NCBI GenBank assembly: GCA_031459915.1
Contig: JAVKHO010000016.1
Span: 9,851 to 73,850 of the forward strand
Source: Candidatus Tepidifontimicrobium thermophilum
GTDB taxonomy: Bacteria > Sysuimicrobiota > Sysuimicrobiia > Sysuimicrobiales > Sysuimicrobiaceae
DNA: 64,000 nucleotides
Direction: 5' to 3'
The position numbers and the translations under genes were made by a program. Positions 47,594-58,617 of this stretch are shown here, in pieces; position 1 is the stretch's first letter, and every line of letters starts with the position of its first letter. The notes beneath the pieces are model-generated. The model was not told the DNA's origin. It searched no databases and saw only the letters and a list, made by a program, of their open reading frames with translations.

Positions 47594-48450
47594 ACCACCA
47601 CCCCGCACCAGCGCAGCAGCTGAGCGGCCAGCTCCTCGGGATCCAGGGGTTGGCCCTCCACCGGGATCCCGCGCCGTCTCAGGCACCCGCTGAGCTCCGC
47701 CACCTCCGGCAGGTCCAGCCGCAGGCCCCGCAACCGCTGGACGTCCCGGAACACCTCCCGGGGGATCCCTTCCAGGGCCACGCGGCCCTCGTGGAGCACC
47801 ACCACCCGGTCTGCCTGCGCCGCTTCCTCCATGTTGTGCGTGATGTGCACCACTGCGATCCCCTCTTGTTCTCGCAACCGGTGGGCCGTCCGCAGCACCT
47901 CCCGGCGGCCTTCGGGATCCAGCATGGTGGTCGCCTCGTCCAGCACGATGCACTGGGGACGCATGGCCAGGACCCCGGCGATGGCCACCCGCTGCTTCTG
48001 CCCGCCGGAGAGCAGGTGGGGCTCCCGGCGGCGGTGCTCCAGCATCCCGACCGTCCGCAGGGCTTCCTCCACCCGTTGCGCGATCTCCTCCGGGGGAAGG
48101 CCCAGGTTCTCCGGGCCGAAAGCCACGTCCTCTTCCACCACGGTGGCCACGATCTGGTTGTCCGGGTTCTGGAAGACCATCCCGACTTTGCGGCGGATCT
48201 CCCAGAGGGCGTGGGGATCGCGGGTGTCCAGCCCGTCCACCACCACGCGGCCCTCGGTGGGCAGAAGCAGAGCGTTAAGGTGCTTGGCGAGAGTGGACTT
48301 CCCGGACCCGTTGCCGCCCACCAGGGCCAGGAACTCCCCCCGGTAGACGGTCAGGGACACGTCGTGAACCGCCCGGACCTCCTGAGGGGTCCCCGCGTGG
48401 TAGACGTGGGTGAGATGGTGGACTTCGATGAGGGGGACGGGTTCCGACAC
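47590..48450 (-). CDS. ecfA1: ECF transporter ATPase A1
   Basis: GGNGSGKST, FQNPDNQIV, LSGGQKQR, DEATTMLDP. Confidence 0.93.
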   Translation of the reverse strand: MSEPVPLIEVHHLTHVYHAGTPQEVRAVHDVSLTVYRGEFLALVGGNGSGKSTLAKHLNALLLPTEGRVVVDGLDTRDPHALWEIRRKVGMVFQNPDNQIVATVVEEDVAFGPENLGLPPEEIAQRVEEALRTVGMLEHRRREPHLLSGGQKQRVAIAGVLAMRPQCIVLDEATTMLDPEGRREVLRTAHRLREQEGIAVVHITHNMEEAAQADRVVVLHEGRVALEGIPREVFRDVQRLRGLRLDLPEVAELSGCLRRRGIPVEGQPLDPEELAAQLLRWCGVVV

Positions 48451-48504
48451 ACCTTCCCCGGCGGTGTCTAGGCCACGCCACTCGCGCGCTTCATACCCCG
48501 ACGC

Positions 48505-48861
48505 TCAGTCCTTCACCAGCTCCAGGTAAGCCATGGGCGCCGCATCTCCGCGCCGGGGGGCGTCCTTCACGATCCGCGTGTAGCCGCCCCGGCCGCGAGG
48601 GTAACGGGGAGCAATGGTGCTGAACAGCTTCCGCAGCGCCTCCTTGTCCTGTACCAAGCGCGCCGCCTGCCGCCGGGCGTGCAGGGTCCCCTCCTGGGCC
48701 AGGGCGATGAGCTTGTCGGCCACCTTCTTGGCCTCCTTGGCCTTGGCCTCCGTGGTGTGGATGCGCTCATACCGGATCAGCGCCGTCACCAGGTCCCGGA
48801 ACAGCGCCCGGCGCTCGCCCGTGTCCCTTCCGAGCTTGCGTGTCTTCACCCCGGTTCCCAT
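48505..48861 (-). CDS. rplQ: 50S ribosomal protein L17
   Basis: [25 protein letters not shown]. Confidence 0.96.
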   Translation of the reverse strand: MGTGVKTRKLGRDTGERRALFRDLVTALIRYERIHTTEAKAKEAKKVADKLIALAQEGTLHARRQAARLVQDKEALRKLFSTIAPRYPRGRGGYTRIVKDAPRRGDAAPMAYLELVKD

Positions 48862-48879
48862 GGCGTCCCGTCCCCCGCG

Positions 48880-49842
48880 TCAGGAAGAGCTGGCCTTGCG
48901 CAGGGAGAGGCCCAGAGCGGCCAGCTTCTCCGTGACCTCCTCCAGGGACTTGCGGCCGAAGTTCTTGACGTTGGCGATCTCCTCCTCCGTCCGCTGCACC
49001 AGGTCCCCGATGGTGTGGATCCCCGCCCGCTTCAGGCAGTTGTAGGGCCGGACGGACAGTTCCAGCTCCTCGATGGGCGTCTGGAGGAGTCGCGCCATCT
49101 CGGGGTCCGTGGCACCCGCGGAGGCGGCCTCCCCTTCGGTGATCCCGCCCACCAGCCGGAAGTGGTCAATGAGCAGCCGGCTGGCCTCCGCGATGGCCTC
49201 GTCGGGCCGGACCACGCCGTTGGTCCACACCTCCAGGACCAGCCGCTCCAGCTCCGCCCCCGCCCCCACGCGGGTGTCCTCCACGGTGTAGTTGACCTTC
49301 TGCACGGGGGAGAAGATGGAGTCGACGGGGATCACCCCGATGACGTGCTCGCTCTTCCGGTGCTTCTCCGCGGGCACGTACCCCTTGCCGCGCTCCACCA
49401 CGATCTCCATCGCGAGCCGTGCGTCCTTCCGGTCCAGGGTGGCGATCACCAGGTCGGGGTTGAGGATCTCCACCTCCGGGTCTGGCTGGATGTCCGCGGC
49501 GGTGACCTCCCGCTTCCCCTTCGCCTCCAGCCGCAGCAGCTTCGGCTTGTCCGTGTGCAGCCTCAGGGTCAACTCCTTCAGGTTCAGGAGGATCTGCGTC
49601 ACGTCCTCCACCACCCCGGGGATGGTGCTGAACTCGTGCAGCACGCCCTCGATCTTCACCGAGGTGACCGCCGCCCCGGTGATGGACGACAGCAGCACCC
49701 GGCGCAGGGCGTTGCCCACGGTCACCCCGAAGCCCCGCTCCAGGGGCTCCACCACCAGTCGGGCGTACGTGTCGGACAGCTCCGCGTACTCCACCTTGGG
49801 CTTGGTGAGTTCCCACAGACTGAAGATGCTCATCGCCTTCAA
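48880..49842 (-). CDS. rpoA: RNA polymerase alpha subunit
   Basis: EPLERGFG...GNALRRVLLSS, LELSVRPYNCLKRAGI, NFGRKS; the start may be ATG 49833. Confidence 0.97.
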   Translation of the reverse strand: MKAMSIFSLWELTKPKVEYAELSDTYARLVVEPLERGFGVTVGNALRRVLLSSITGAAVTSVKIEGVLHEFSTIPGVVEDVTQILLNLKELTLRLHTDKPKLLRLEAKGKREVTAADIQPDPEVEILNPDLVIATLDRKDARLAMEIVVERGKGYVPAEKHRKSEHVIGVIPVDSIFSPVQKVNYTVEDTRVGAGAELERLVLEVWTNGVVRPDEAIAEASRLLIDHFRLVGGITEGEAASAGATDPEMARLLQTPIEELELSVRPYNCLKRAGIHTIGDLVQRTEEEIANVKNFGRKSLEEVTEKLAALGLSLRKASSS

Positions 49843-49864
49843 CCTCCCCGTCTCCTGCCGAACG

Positions 49865-50488
49865 CTACCTGGAGTAGAACTCCACCACCAGCTGCTCCTG
49901 GACCGGCACGTCGATGGCCTGCCGGTCCGGCAGGCTCAGCACCCGGCCCTCCAGGCGCTGCGGGTCGAACTCCAGCCACGGGGGCGGCTGCCGTCCCCCG
50001 GACTCCACCAGCAGGCGGACGCGGGGGTTCCGCTGGCCCCGCGGCGTAAGGCCCACCACCTGCCCGGGCCGGACCAGGTAGGAGGGAATGGTGACCTTCC
50101 GGCCGTCCACCGCCACGTGTCCGTGCACCACCAGCTGGCGGGCCTCCTTCCGGGAAGAGGCCAGGCCCAGCCGGTACACCACGTTGTCCAGCCGGGACTC
50201 CAGCAGCTGCAGCAGGCGGGTGCCCGTGACCCCCTTGAACCGCGCAGCCTCCTGGAAGTACCGCCGGAACTGCGCCTCGTGGACCCCGTAGATCCGGCGC
50301 AGCTTCTGCTTCTCCCGCAGCCGGATGGCGTACTCTGAGGGCTTCCGCCGGCTGGGGGGGTGCATCCCCGGCGGCTTCGCCCGCTTCACCACCGGGCACT
50401 TGTCCGTGTAGCACTTCTCGCCCTTCAGGTACAGCTTGAGCCCCTCGCGGCGGCACAGCCGGCACACCGCGTCGTGGTATCGTCCCAT
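49865..50488 (-). CDS. rpsD: 30S ribosomal protein S4 (Zn-type)
   Basis: CRLCRREG...KC...[19 protein letters not shown]. Confidence 0.97.
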   Translation of the reverse strand: MGRYHDAVCRLCRREGLKLYLKGEKCYTDKCPVVKRAKPPGMHPPSRRKPSEYAIRLREKQKLRRIYGVHEAQFRRYFQEAARFKGVTGTRLLQLLESRLDNVVYRLGLASSRKEARQLVVHGHVAVDGRKVTIPSYLVRPGQVVGLTPRGQRNPRVRLLVESGGRQPPPWLEFDPQRLEGRVLSLPDRQAIDVPVQEQLVVEFYSR

Positions 50489-50591
50489 GAATCCCTTCCC
50501 TCCGTTCCGGCAGACACCCGGGCCCCTGGCCCGGGACCCCGCCTCTCAGCCGGACTGCGGGGTGTCGCTGTCCCCTCTCGAGTCTCTCGGA
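50489..50591 (-). ncRNA. Candidate structured leader upstream of rpsD
   Basis: 103-nt spacer forming a three-way junction: GACA/TGTC, CCCCGC/GCGGGG, CCCGGGCC/GGCCCGGG. Confidence 0.55.
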
Positions 50592-50978
50592 TCAGACCCG
50601 ACGCCGCTTCGGCGGCCGGCAGCCGTTGTGGGGCACCGGCGTGACGTCCTTGATCAGGCTGATGTCCAGCCCCGCGGCCTGCAGGGACCGGATGGCGGCC
50701 TCCCGCCCGGGGCCGGGACCCTTCACATACACCTCCACCTGCCGGACCCCGTGCTCCATCGCCTTCTTGGCCGCCGCTTCCGCCGCCAGGCCCGCCGCGA
50801 AGGGGGTCCCCTTACGGGAACCCTTGAACCCCTGGGTGCCCGCGCTGGCCCACGCCAGCACGTTCCCCTGCGGGTCGGTGATGGTCACGATGGTGTTGTT
50901 GAAAGTCGACTGGATGTGTGCGTGCCCCAGGGGCACGTTCTTGCGCTCGCGCCGGCGCGTCCGGCCCTTCTTCGCCAT
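50592..50978 (-). CDS. rpsK: 30S ribosomal protein S11
   Basis: [26 protein letters not shown]. Confidence 0.97.
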   Translation of the reverse strand: MAKKGRTRRRERKNVPLGHAHIQSTFNNTIVTITDPQGNVLAWASAGTQGFKGSRKGTPFAAGLAAEAAAKKAMEHGVRQVEVYVKGPGPGREAAIRSLQAAGLDISLIKDVTPVPHNGCRPPKRRRV

Positions 50979-50990
50979 CCCTGTGACCTC

Positions 50991-51374
50991 CTACTTCTTG
51001 GCCACGGCCCGCTTCTTGATCCCCACGGTCTTCCGCGGTCCCTTGCGGGTGCGCGCGTTGGTGCGGGTGCGCTGGCCCCGCACCGGCAGGCCCCGCTTGT
51101 GGCGGATCCCCCGGTAGCAGCCGATCTCCACCAGGCGGCGGATGTTCATGGCCACTTCCCGCCGGAGGTCCCCCTCCACCTTGTAGTGCCGCTCGACCAC
51201 GTCCCGCAGCCGCGCCACCTCGTCCTCCGTGAGGTTGCGGACCCGCGTCTCTGGCTTCACCCCCGCCCGCAGGAGGATCTCGTAGGCGCGGGACCACCCG
51301 ATCCCGTAGATGTAGGTCAGCGCTACGTCCACCCGCTTGTCCCGGGGCAGGTCGACACCGGCGATGCGCGCCAT
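50991..51374 (-). CDS. rpsM: 30S ribosomal protein S13
   Basis: [26 protein letters not shown]. Confidence 0.97.
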   Translation of the reverse strand: MARIAGVDLPRDKRVDVALTYIYGIGWSRAYEILLRAGVKPETRVRNLTEDEVARLRDVVERHYKVEGDLRREVAMNIRRLVEIGCYRGIRHKRGLPVRGQRTRTNARTRKGPRKTVGIKKRAVAKK

Positions 51375-51384
51375 GCCCGCCTCC

Positions 51385-51498
51385 CTAGCCCTGCTTCTGC
51401 TTGTGCTTGGGGTTCTCGCAGATCACCCGCACCCGGCCGTGCCGGCGGATGATCTTGCATTTCTCACACATCCTCCGCACCGAAGCCCGAACCTTCAT
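51385..51498 (-). CDS. rpmJ: 50S ribosomal protein L36 (Zn-type)
   Basis: Below the ORF-track cutoff; manual translation [37 protein letters not shown]. Confidence 0.97.
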   Translation of the reverse strand: MKVRASVRRMCEKCKIIRRHGRVRVICENPKHKQKQG

Positions 51499-51511
51499 CC
51501 TCCCTCACCTC

Positions 51512-51736
51512 TTACCGGTAGCGGTACGTGATGCGGCCCCGGCTGGGGTCGTACGGCGACAGCTCCACCTTGACCCGGTCCCCGGGGGAGATCCGGATGA
51601 AGTGGATCCGCATCTTCCCCGAGATGTGGGCGAGCACCCGGTGTCCGCTCGGCAGCTCCACCCGGAACATGCCGTTGGGCAGCACCTCCACCACGGTGCC
51701 CTCCACCTCGATGGCTTGTTCCTTCTTCGCCGTCAT
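51512..51736 (-). CDS. infA: Translation initiation factor IF-1
   Basis: IEVEG...LPN...AHISGKMR...SPYD...RGRITYR. Confidence 0.97.
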   Translation of the reverse strand: MTAKKEQAIEVEGTVVEVLPNGMFRVELPSGHRVLAHISGKMRIHFIRISPGDRVKVELSPYDPSRGRITYRYR

Positions 51737-51770
51737 CCCCGTCCGAGCCCGGACCGCACGAAGTTTTATG

Positions 51771-52550
51771 TTACCAGGGATTCTCCCCGTCGTCCAACAG
51801 GGTGAGGATCTCGTAGCCGTCCTCGGTCACCGCCACCGTGTGCTCGAAGTGAGCCGACAGCCGCCCGTCCGCGGTGCGCACGGTCCAGCCGTCCCCGTCC
51901 ACCACCGCCCGCCAGGTCCCCTCGTTCACCATGGGCTCCACCGCGATCACCACGCCCGGCCGCAGGACCATCCCCTTGCCGGGTTTCCCAAAGTTGGGCA
52001 CCTGCGGGTCTTCGTGCAGGGACCGCCCGACCCCGTGGCCCGCGAACTGCCGGACCACGGAGTAGCCGTGTGACTCCACGAAGGACTGCACCGCGTAGCC
52101 CACGTCCCCCAGCCGGGCCCCTGGCCGGACCGCCTCGATGCCCCGAAACAAGGCCTCCTCGGTGACCTGCAGCAGCCGCCGAACCCGCGGGGGGATCGGC
52201 CCCACCGGGAAGGTGGCCGCCACGTCCCCGTGGTACCCGTCCACCAGGGCGCCCAGATCCACCTTCACCAAGTCCCCCTCCTTCAGCACCCGCCGTCCGG
52301 GGATGCCGTGCACGATCTCGTCGTTGACGGAGATACACGCGCTGGCGGGGAACCCCCGGTACCCCAAAAACGAGGGGGACCCTCCGAGGGACCGGATGGC
52401 CTGGTAGGCTACCCGGTCCAGCGCCCCCGTGGTGGTGCCTGGCCGCACAGCCCGGCCCACTTCCCGCAGGGCCAGGGCTGCCACGCGGCCCGCGCGGCGC
52501 ATGCGCTCCAGCTCCCTGGGGCTCTTGACGAAGACCCCCGCCACCGCCAT
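51771..52550 (-). CDS. map: Methionine aminopeptidase type I
   Basis: [18 protein letters not shown]...HEDP, EPM, SAHFEHT. Confidence 0.96.
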   Translation of the reverse strand: MAVAGVFVKSPRELERMRRAGRVAALALREVGRAVRPGTTTGALDRVAYQAIRSLGGSPSFLGYRGFPASACISVNDEIVHGIPGRRVLKEGDLVKVDLGALVDGYHGDVAATFPVGPIPPRVRRLLQVTEEALFRGIEAVRPGARLGDVGYAVQSFVESHGYSVVRQFAGHGVGRSLHEDPQVPNFGKPGKGMVLRPGVVIAVEPMVNEGTWRAVVDGDGWTVRTADGRLSAHFEHTVAVTEDGYEILTLLDDGENPW

Positions 52551-52552
52551 GG

Positions 52553-53209
52553 CTACAAGACACCCGCCTGTCGGAGGGCTGCCTCCACGCGCCGACCCAC
52601 CTCCTCGGGGTCCGCGGAGGCGTCCACGGTGTGCAACAGGCCCCGCGCACGGTAGTATTCCACCAGCGGGGCGGTCTGCCGCGCGTACACCTCCAGTCGC
52701 CGCTCCACGGTCTCGGGCCGGTCGTCCTCCCGCTGGACGAGCTCGCTGCCGTCGTGGTCGCATCGCCCCGGGACCTGCGGCGGGCTGTAGAGCTCGTGGA
52801 AGACGTGCCCGTGGGCCTGGCACACCCACCGGCCGGAGAGCCTGCGGACCAGGGCATCCCGGGGGACCTCAAACAGCAACACCGCCTGGACCTTGCGACC
52901 CATGCCGTCCAGGAGGCGGTCCAGCCCCTCCGCCTGCGGCACGGTGCGGGGGAATCCGTCCAGGATGAACCCCCGGGCAGCGTCGGGCTGGCGCAGGCGC
53001 TCGGCTACCACCTCCAGCATGATGTCGTCGGGCACCAGGTCCCCTCGGTCGTAGTACGACCGAGCCCTGCGGCCCAGCTCGGAGCCGGAGGCCATGGCCT
53101 CCCGGAGGATGTCGCCGGTGGCGATGTGGGGAACGCCGAACCGCTCCGCCAGGCGGTGGGCCTGGGTCCCCTTGCCCGCCCCCGGGGGGCCCAGGAGCAC
53201 CACGTTCAC
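52553..53209 (-). CDS. adk: Adenylate kinase
   Basis: GPPGAGKGTQA, LDGFPRT, QREDD. Confidence 0.96.
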   Translation of the reverse strand: MNVVLLGPPGAGKGTQAHRLAERFGVPHIATGDILREAMASGSELGRRARSYYDRGDLVPDDIMLEVVAERLRQPDAARGFILDGFPRTVPQAEGLDRLLDGMGRKVQAVLLFEVPRDALVRRLSGRWVCQAHGHVFHELYSPPQVPGRCDHDGSELVQREDDRPETVERRLEVYARQTAPLVEYYRARGLLHTVDASADPEEVGRRVEAALRQAGVL

Positions 53210-54489
53210 CGCATGAACCCCTCGTAGTGGCGCATCAGCACGTACGCCTCGATCTGCTTCATGGTCTCCAGGGCCACTCCCACCACGATGAGCAGAGAGG
53301 TGCCCGCCAGGTACAGGGTGAGGCCTGCGGTCTGACGGAACAGCAGGGGGAAGACGGCGATCACGGCCAGGAACAGGGCGCCCACGAAGGTCAGCCGTTC
53401 GGTGACCCTCATGAGGAACTCCCCGGTGGGCCGGCCGGGCCGAATCCCCGGGATGAACCCCCCGTACTTCTTGATGTTCTCGCTGATCTCGTGGGGGTCG
53501 AACTGCACCGCAGTGTAGAAGTACGTGAACACCACGATGAGGATCGCGTACAGCACCGTCCCGAGGGGGTGCTGGCCCGGCTGCAGCCGGTTGCCCCAGT
53601 CCACCAGGGGTTCCCACCGTACGAAGGAAGCCACGGTGGCGGGGAACTGCAGCACCGAGATGGCGAAGATGATGGGGATCACGCCGGCCTGCACGATGCG
53701 CAGGGGGATGTGGGTCGTCTGGCCTCCCAGAACCCGCCGACCCACCACGCGCTTCGCGTACTGGACCGGAATCCGCCGCGTGGCCTGGGTGACCAGGATC
53801 ACCGCCACGATGCTGGCCAGCACCAGCACGATGTCTGCCAGCAGCCACCCTACGGAGGTGCTGCCCACCCGCACCTGGGCCACCGTGGCCGCCAGCTGAC
53901 GCGGAATCCGGGCCACGATCCCCCCGAAGATGAGCAGGGACACCCCGTTGCCCACCCCGTGTTCGGTCATCACCTCACCCATCCACGTGAGGACCATGGA
54001 GCCCGCCACCAGGGTGGACAGGATCAGGGCCCAGTTGAGGGGGCTGAAGTCGGTGATGGCCCGACCCTGCGAGAAGGCCTGGATGAGCCCTGTCTGGCCC
54101 CACCCCTGCAGCGCCGCCAGCGGGATGGTGAGGTACAGCGTGTACCACCCGATCCGCTTGCGGCCCGCCTCCCCTTCCTCCTGCGCCATCTTCTTCAGGT
54201 TGGGGAACGCCACCTGCAGGAGGCTCATGATGATGGAAGCGGTGATGTACGGGATCACCCCCAGCGCGAAAATCGAGAAGTTCTCCAGCGCACCGCCCAC
54301 CAGCAGGTTCAAAAAGCCGAAGGCGGTGCCCGCGGCCGCCTGCTCGAACTGGGTCCGCACCGCCTCCACGTTGACCCCGGGCACGGGCAGGTGCGCACCC
54401 AGGCGGAACAGGGCGAGCATGCCCGCGGTGAACAGCAACCGGCGCCGCAGCTCCGGGATCCGGAACGGGTTGGCGATCCCGCCGATCAA
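53206..54489 (-). CDS. secY: Preprotein translocase SecY
   Basis: FALGVIPYITASII, GNGVSLLIF, IPGIRPG, GTSLLIVVGV. Confidence 0.97.
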   Translation of the reverse strand: MIGGIANPFRIPELRRRLLFTAGMLALFRLGAHLPVPGVNVEAVRTQFEQAAAGTAFGFLNLLVGGALENFSIFALGVIPYITASIIMSLLQVAFPNLKKMAQEEGEAGRKRIGWYTLYLTIPLAALQGWGQTGLIQAFSQGRAITDFSPLNWALILSTLVAGSMVLTWMGEVMTEHGVGNGVSLLIFGGIVARIPRQLAATVAQVRVGSTSVGWLLADIVLVLASIVAVILVTQATRRIPVQYAKRVVGRRVLGGQTTHIPLRIVQAGVIPIIFAISVLQFPATVASFVRWEPLVDWGNRLQPGQHPLGTVLYAILIVVFTYFYTAVQFDPHEISENIKKYGGFIPGIRPGRPTGEFLMRVTERLTFVGALFLAVIAVFPLLFRQTAGLTLYLAGTSLLIVVGVALETMKQIEAYVLMRHYEGFMR

Positions 54490-54959
54490 GCGATCACCTC
54501 CGCCCGGCCGCCCGCGGCCTCGATGGCCGCCCGTGCGGAAGCGCTAAAGGCGTGGGCCTTCACCGTCAGGGGGTGCGGGAGGCGGCCCGGGCCTAGAACC
54601 TTGATCCGGCCGCGGCGGTGAACCACCCCCGCTTGGCGGAGGGTCTCCGGGGTCACCTCCGTGCCGGGCTCGAACCGGGCTAGGCTGGCCAGCTTCACTT
54701 CAACGAATCCGGGGCGCGGCCGGCCCCCCGTGTGGGAGCTCCCGTACGCTCTGACCCCTCGCTGGAATGGCAGACGCTTGCCGAGGGGAGTCTGCCCGCC
54801 CTCGAAGCCCGGGCGGGGTCCCTTCCCGCTGCGTGCCTTCTGACCCTTGATCCCACGGCCCGCGTACGTGCCCTTGCCCGAGCCCAGCCCGCGGCCCACC
54901 CGCTTGCGCCGCCGGCGGGCCCCTGCGGGCGGCTTCAGCTCACCGATCCGCAGCGCCAT
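54486..54959 (-). CDS. rplO: 50S ribosomal protein L15
   Basis: RVGRGLGSG, KGQKARSG, FEGGQTP. Confidence 0.96.
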   Translation of the reverse strand: MALRIGELKPPAGARRRRKRVGRGLGSGKGTYAGRGIKGQKARSGKGPRPGFEGGQTPLGKRLPFQRGVRAYGSSHTGGRPRPGFVEVKLASLARFEPGTEVTPETLRQAGVVHRRGRIKVLGPGRLPHPLTVKAHAFSASARAAIEAAGGRAEVIA

Positions 54960-55185
54960 CTCCGCTCCTCCCGTCGTCCGCTCCTCCTACCGCCGCAGGG
55001 TCCTCCCCTGGGCCCACCGGCTCCACCTCCACTAGGTGCCGGATGCGGCGGAGCAGGCCCTCCAGCTCGGGACCTGCGGGGCGTACCACGGACTGGCCCA
55101 CCTTCCGGAGCCCCAGGGTGGCCGCGCACGCCCGGTGCACGGGCTTGGTGCCGATCAACGAGCGACGCAGGGTGATCCGAACCAT
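54940..55185 (-). CDS. rpmD: 50S ribosomal protein L30 (C-terminally extended)
   Basis: ITLRRSLIG...LGLRK...HLVEVE; lies between rpsE and rplO. Confidence 0.9.
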   Translation of the reverse strand: MVRITLRRSLIGTKPVHRACAATLGLRKVGQSVVRPAGPELEGLLRRIRHLVEVEPVGPGEDPAAVGGADDGRSGDGAADR

Positions 55186-55200
55186 ACAAGACGACCTCCG

Positions 55201-55722
55201 TCAGCTCGCGGCGCGGCGGCCCACCAGCTCCGGCACGCTCTTCCCCCGCAGCCGGGCCACCTCCTCGGGCGTCTGCAGCTCCAGCAGGCCCTGCAGGGTG
55301 GCGCGGGTCATGTTGATGGGGTTGCTGCTGCCCAGGGACTTGGTCAGCACGTCGCGGATGCCCGCGGCCTCCACCACAGCCCGTACCGGGCCTCCCGCGA
55401 TCACGCCGGTCCCCTCGCTGGCCGGCTTCAACAGCACCCGGGCGGCACCGAAGTGCCCGATGACCTCGTGGGGGATGGTGGTGCCGCGGCGTGGGATCCT
55501 CCAGAGGTTCTTCTTGGCGTCCTCCACCGCCTTCCGGATGGCGTCGGGCACCTCCGCGGCCTTGCCGAGACCCACGCCCACGGTGCCCTGCTCGTCGCCC
55601 ACCACCACGAGGGCTCTGAAGTTGAACCGCTTGGCCCCCTTGGTGACCTTCGCCACCCGGTTTATGGACACCGTCTTCTCGAACGTCAGGTTCACTTCCG
55701 TCGGGTTCACACGCTCAGCCAT
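55201..55722 (-). CDS. rpsE: 30S ribosomal protein S5
   Basis: [25 protein letters not shown]. Confidence 0.97.
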   Translation of the reverse strand: MAERVNPTEVNLTFEKTVSINRVAKVTKGAKRFNFRALVVVGDEQGTVGVGLGKAAEVPDAIRKAVEDAKKNLWRIPRRGTTIPHEVIGHFGAARVLLKPASEGTGVIAGGPVRAVVEAAGIRDVLTKSLGSSNPINMTRATLQGLLELQTPEEVARLRGKSVPELVGRRAAS

Positions 55723-55734
55723 CCGCGTCTCCTC

Positions 55735-56103
55735 TCAGAACTCCAGGCCGCCCTCCCGGGCCCCCTCCGCGAGGGCTTTGACCCTGCCGTGGTAAGCGTA
55801 CCCGCCCCGGTCGAACACCACCCGCACGATGCCCTTCTCCCGCGCCCGCTCCGCCAGGACCCGGCCCACCACCCGGCTCTGCTCCACCCGCTTCAGGCCG
55901 CTCAGCTGTGCGGCGATCTCCGGCTCCCGGGTGCTGGCGGCCACCAGGGTGTGACCCCGCGTGTCGTCGATGATCTGGGCGTAGGTGTGCTTCAGACTCC
56001 GGAACACGCTCAGCCGCGGCCGGTCCGGAGTGCCCACCACCCGCTGGCGGATCCGGCGGTGCCGGATCTTCCGTCGCTCCTCACGGCTGATTCGCAACAG
56101 CAT
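55735..56103 (-). CDS. rplR: 50S ribosomal protein L18
   Basis: [21 protein letters not shown]. Confidence 0.97.
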   Translation of the reverse strand: MLLRISREERRKIRHRRIRQRVVGTPDRPRLSVFRSLKHTYAQIIDDTRGHTLVAASTREPEIAAQLSGLKRVEQSRVVGRVLAERAREKGIVRVVFDRGGYAYHGRVKALAEGAREGGLEF

Positions 56104-56118
56104 ACGATCCTCCCGGGC

Positions 56119-56670
56119 CTACTTCTTGCCCGCCGCCCGGCCCGCCTTGCCCGGCCGCAGGCGCACCACCTCGTGGGCGTACCGGATCCCCTTCCCCTTG
56201 TACGGGTCCGGTGGCCGGACCGCCCGGACCTTCGCGGCCACCTGGCCAACCAGTTCCTTGTCCGCACCCCGCACCACCACCCGGGTGGGCTGCGGGACCT
56301 CGAAGGTGATGCCAGAGGGAGGGTCCAGCTCCACAGGGTGGGTGTAGCCCACCTGGAGCACGAGCCGGTCGCCCTGCTTGGAGGCCCGGTACCCGGTGCC
56401 GTGGATCTCCAGCTCCACCGCGTAGCCCTCGCTCACGCCCCGGACCATGTTGTTCAGCAGGGCCCGGGTGAGGCCATGAAGGGCGCGGTGGTGCCGGAGA
56501 TCTGTGGGCCTCCGCACCACCAGCTTCCCGTCCTGCAGCTCGATCCGCAGGTCGGGGTGGAAGGTGCGCTCCAGCTCGCCCTTGGGCCCCTTCACCCGGA
56601 CCCGGGAGCCGTCCACCTGCACCTCCACGCCCGGCGGCACGGGCACGGGCATCCGACCGATCCGGCTCAT
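56119..56670 (-). CDS. rplF: 50S ribosomal protein L6
   Basis: MSRIG, KGPKG, PDPYKGKGIRY. Confidence 0.97.
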   Translation of the reverse strand: MSRIGRMPVPVPPGVEVQVDGSRVRVKGPKGELERTFHPDLRIELQDGKLVVRRPTDLRHHRALHGLTRALLNNMVRGVSEGYAVELEIHGTGYRASKQGDRLVLQVGYTHPVELDPPSGITFEVPQPTRVVVRGADKELVGQVAAKVRAVRPPDPYKGKGIRYAHEVVRLRPGKAGRAAGKK

Positions 56671-56699
56671 AGTCTCGCTCCCCTCCGGGCTCCTTGGCA

Positions 56700-57101
56700 T
56701 CACCACACGTAGCACAGGACCTCGCCGCCCACGCCCAGACGTCGCGCCTGGCGGTCCGTGAGGATTCCCCGGGACGTGGACAGGATGGCGATCCCCAAAC
56801 CTGCGCGGACCCTGGGGATCTCCTGCCGCCGGACGTACACCCGCAGGCCGGGCTTGCTGACCCTCCGGATGCCCCGGAGCACCCGGTCCCGCTTGGGGCC
56901 GTACTTCAGGGTGATCCTCAGGGTCCCCTGGGGGCCGTCCTGCACCCAGGTCCAGTCCTGGATGAACCCCTCTTCCTTGAGGATCCGGGCGATCTCCGCC
57001 TTCAGCTTGGAGGCGGGGACGCGGACCTCGTCGTGGCCCGCCGCGTTGGCGTTCCGGATCCGGGTGAGCATGTCCGCGATGGGGTCCGTGACGGTACCCA
57101 T
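56700..57101 (-). CDS. rpsH: 30S ribosomal protein S8
   Basis: [25 protein letters not shown]. Confidence 0.97.
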   Translation of the reverse strand: MGTVTDPIADMLTRIRNANAAGHDEVRVPASKLKAEIARILKEEGFIQDWTWVQDGPQGTLRITLKYGPKRDRVLRGIRRVSKPGLRVYVRRQEIPRVRAGLGIAILSTSRGILTDRQARRLGVGGEVLCYVW

Positions 57102-57110
57102 GCCCTCCTC

Positions 57111-57296
57111 CTACCAGCTGGCCTTGGTCATCCCGGGGATCTCGCCCCGGTACGCCAGCTCCCGCAGGCAGATCCGGCACAGCCGGAACCGGCGGAACAC
57201 CGCCCGCGGCCGACCGCAACGCTCGCAGCGGGTGTACGCCCGCACGCGGAACTTCGGCGGCCGCTTCCACTTCTCCAGCAACGCCTTTTTGGCCAT
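57111..57296 (-). CDS. rpsZ: 30S ribosomal protein S14, type Z (Zn)
   Basis: 61 aa; CERCGR...CRIC...IPGMTKASW. Confidence 0.96.
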   Translation of the reverse strand: MAKKALLEKWKRPPKFRVRAYTRCERCGRPRAVFRRFRLCRICLRELAYRGEIPGMTKASW

Positions 57297-57316
57297 CGTC
57301 CCTCCCTGTTCGGCTT

Positions 57317-57877
57317 CTAGGCAGCCGCGGACTCGCGCTCCCGGAACGGCATGCCCAGCAGGCGCAGCAGCTCCCGCGCCTCCTCGTCCGTCCGGGCCGT
57401 GGTCACGATGGCGATGTCCATGCCGCGGATTCGGTCCACCTTGTCGTACTCGATCTCCGGGAACACCAGCTGCTCCCGCAGCCCGATGTTAAGGTTCCCG
57501 CGCCCGTCCAGCTGGCGCTCCGAGATCCCCCGGAAGTCCTTGATCCGGGGCAGGGCCACGTGGATCAGCTTGTCCAGGAACTCGTACATCCGCCGGCCCC
57601 GCAGGGTCACGTACACCCCGATGGGAGCCCCCTTGCGGAGCTTGAAGGCCGCGATGGACTTTCGGGCCCGCGCCACCACCGGCCGCTGGCCCGTGATGGC
57701 CTGCAGGTCCTCCACCGCCCGGTCCACCTGCCGCGGGTCCTGGGCACCGGCGCCCACCCGCATGTTCACCACTACCTTGACCAGCTTCGGCACCTGCATG
57801 GGGTTACGGTACCCGAACCGTTCCCGCAGGGCCGGCACCACTTCGCGCTCGTACTTTTCCTTCAGGCGTGGCACCAT
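57317..57877 (-). CDS. rplE: 50S ribosomal protein L5
   Basis: [22 protein letters not shown]. Confidence 0.97.
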   Translation of the reverse strand: MVPRLKEKYEREVVPALRERFGYRNPMQVPKLVKVVVNMRVGAGAQDPRQVDRAVEDLQAITGQRPVVARARKSIAAFKLRKGAPIGVYVTLRGRRMYEFLDKLIHVALPRIKDFRGISERQLDGRGNLNIGLREQLVFPEIEYDKVDRIRGMDIAIVTTARTDEEARELLRLLGMPFRERESAAA

Positions 57878-57887
57878 GGGCGCTCCC

Positions 57888-58241
57888 TCACTTGTCCACT
57901 AGTTCGCCCGACCGCTTGGCGTAGCGGACCCGGCGTCCGTCCCCCAGGACCCGGATCCCCACCCGGGTCCGCTCCTTGGTCTCGGGGTCCACCAGCATGA
58001 CCTTGGAGACGTGGATGGGGGCCTCCCGCTGGACGATGCCGCCCTGGGGGTTCTTCGGGGAGGGCTTGGTGTGGCGCTTCACCACGTTCACGCCCTCCAC
58101 CACCACGCGTTCCGTCTTGGGCAGCACCCGCAGGACCTTGCCCCGCTTGCCCCGGTACTTCCCCGAGATGACCACCACCAGGTCTCCCTTCTTCACGTGC
58201 ATGTGCACCCGCCGCGCTCCCACGACCGGCACCGGCCTCAC
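57888..58241 (-). CDS. rplX: 50S ribosomal protein L24
   Basis: [11 protein letters not shown] (KOW), VEGVN, EAPIHVS. Confidence 0.96.
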   Translation of the reverse strand: MRPVPVVGARRVHMHVKKGDLVVVISGKYRGKRGKVLRVLPKTERVVVEGVNVVKRHTKPSPKNPQGGIVQREAPIHVSKVMLVDPETKERTRVGIRVLGDGRRVRYAKRSGELVDK

Positions 58242-58245
58242 CTCC

Positions 58246-58614
58246 TCACAGGACCTCCGGGGCCAGGGAGACGATCTTCATGAACTGCCGCTCCCGGAGC
58301 TCCCGGGCCACGGGGCCGAAGATGCGGGTGCCGCGGGGGTTCATCTGCTCGTTGATCAGCACCGCGGCGTTGTCGTCGAACCGGATGTACGACCCGTCCG
58401 GACGCCGGATCTCCTTCCGGGTCCGCACCACCACCGCCTTCACCACCTCGCCCTTCTTCACAGGGCTGTTGGGGATGGCCTGCTTCACCGTGGCCACCAC
58501 CACGTCGCCCACCCGGGCGTAGCGGCGCTTGCTCCCGCCCAGCACCCGGATCACCAGGATCTCGCGGGCGCCCGTGTTGTCCGCCACCTTGAGCCGTGAC
58601 TCCTGCTGCAGCAT
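58246..58614 (-). CDS. rplN: 50S ribosomal protein L14
   Basis: [29 protein letters not shown]. Confidence 0.97.
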   Translation of the reverse strand: MLQQESRLKVADNTGAREILVIRVLGGSKRRYARVGDVVVATVKQAIPNSPVKKGEVVKAVVVRTRKEIRRPDGSYIRFDDNAAVLINEQMNPRGTRIFGPVARELRERQFMKIVSLAPEVL

Positions 58615-58617
58615 GGC

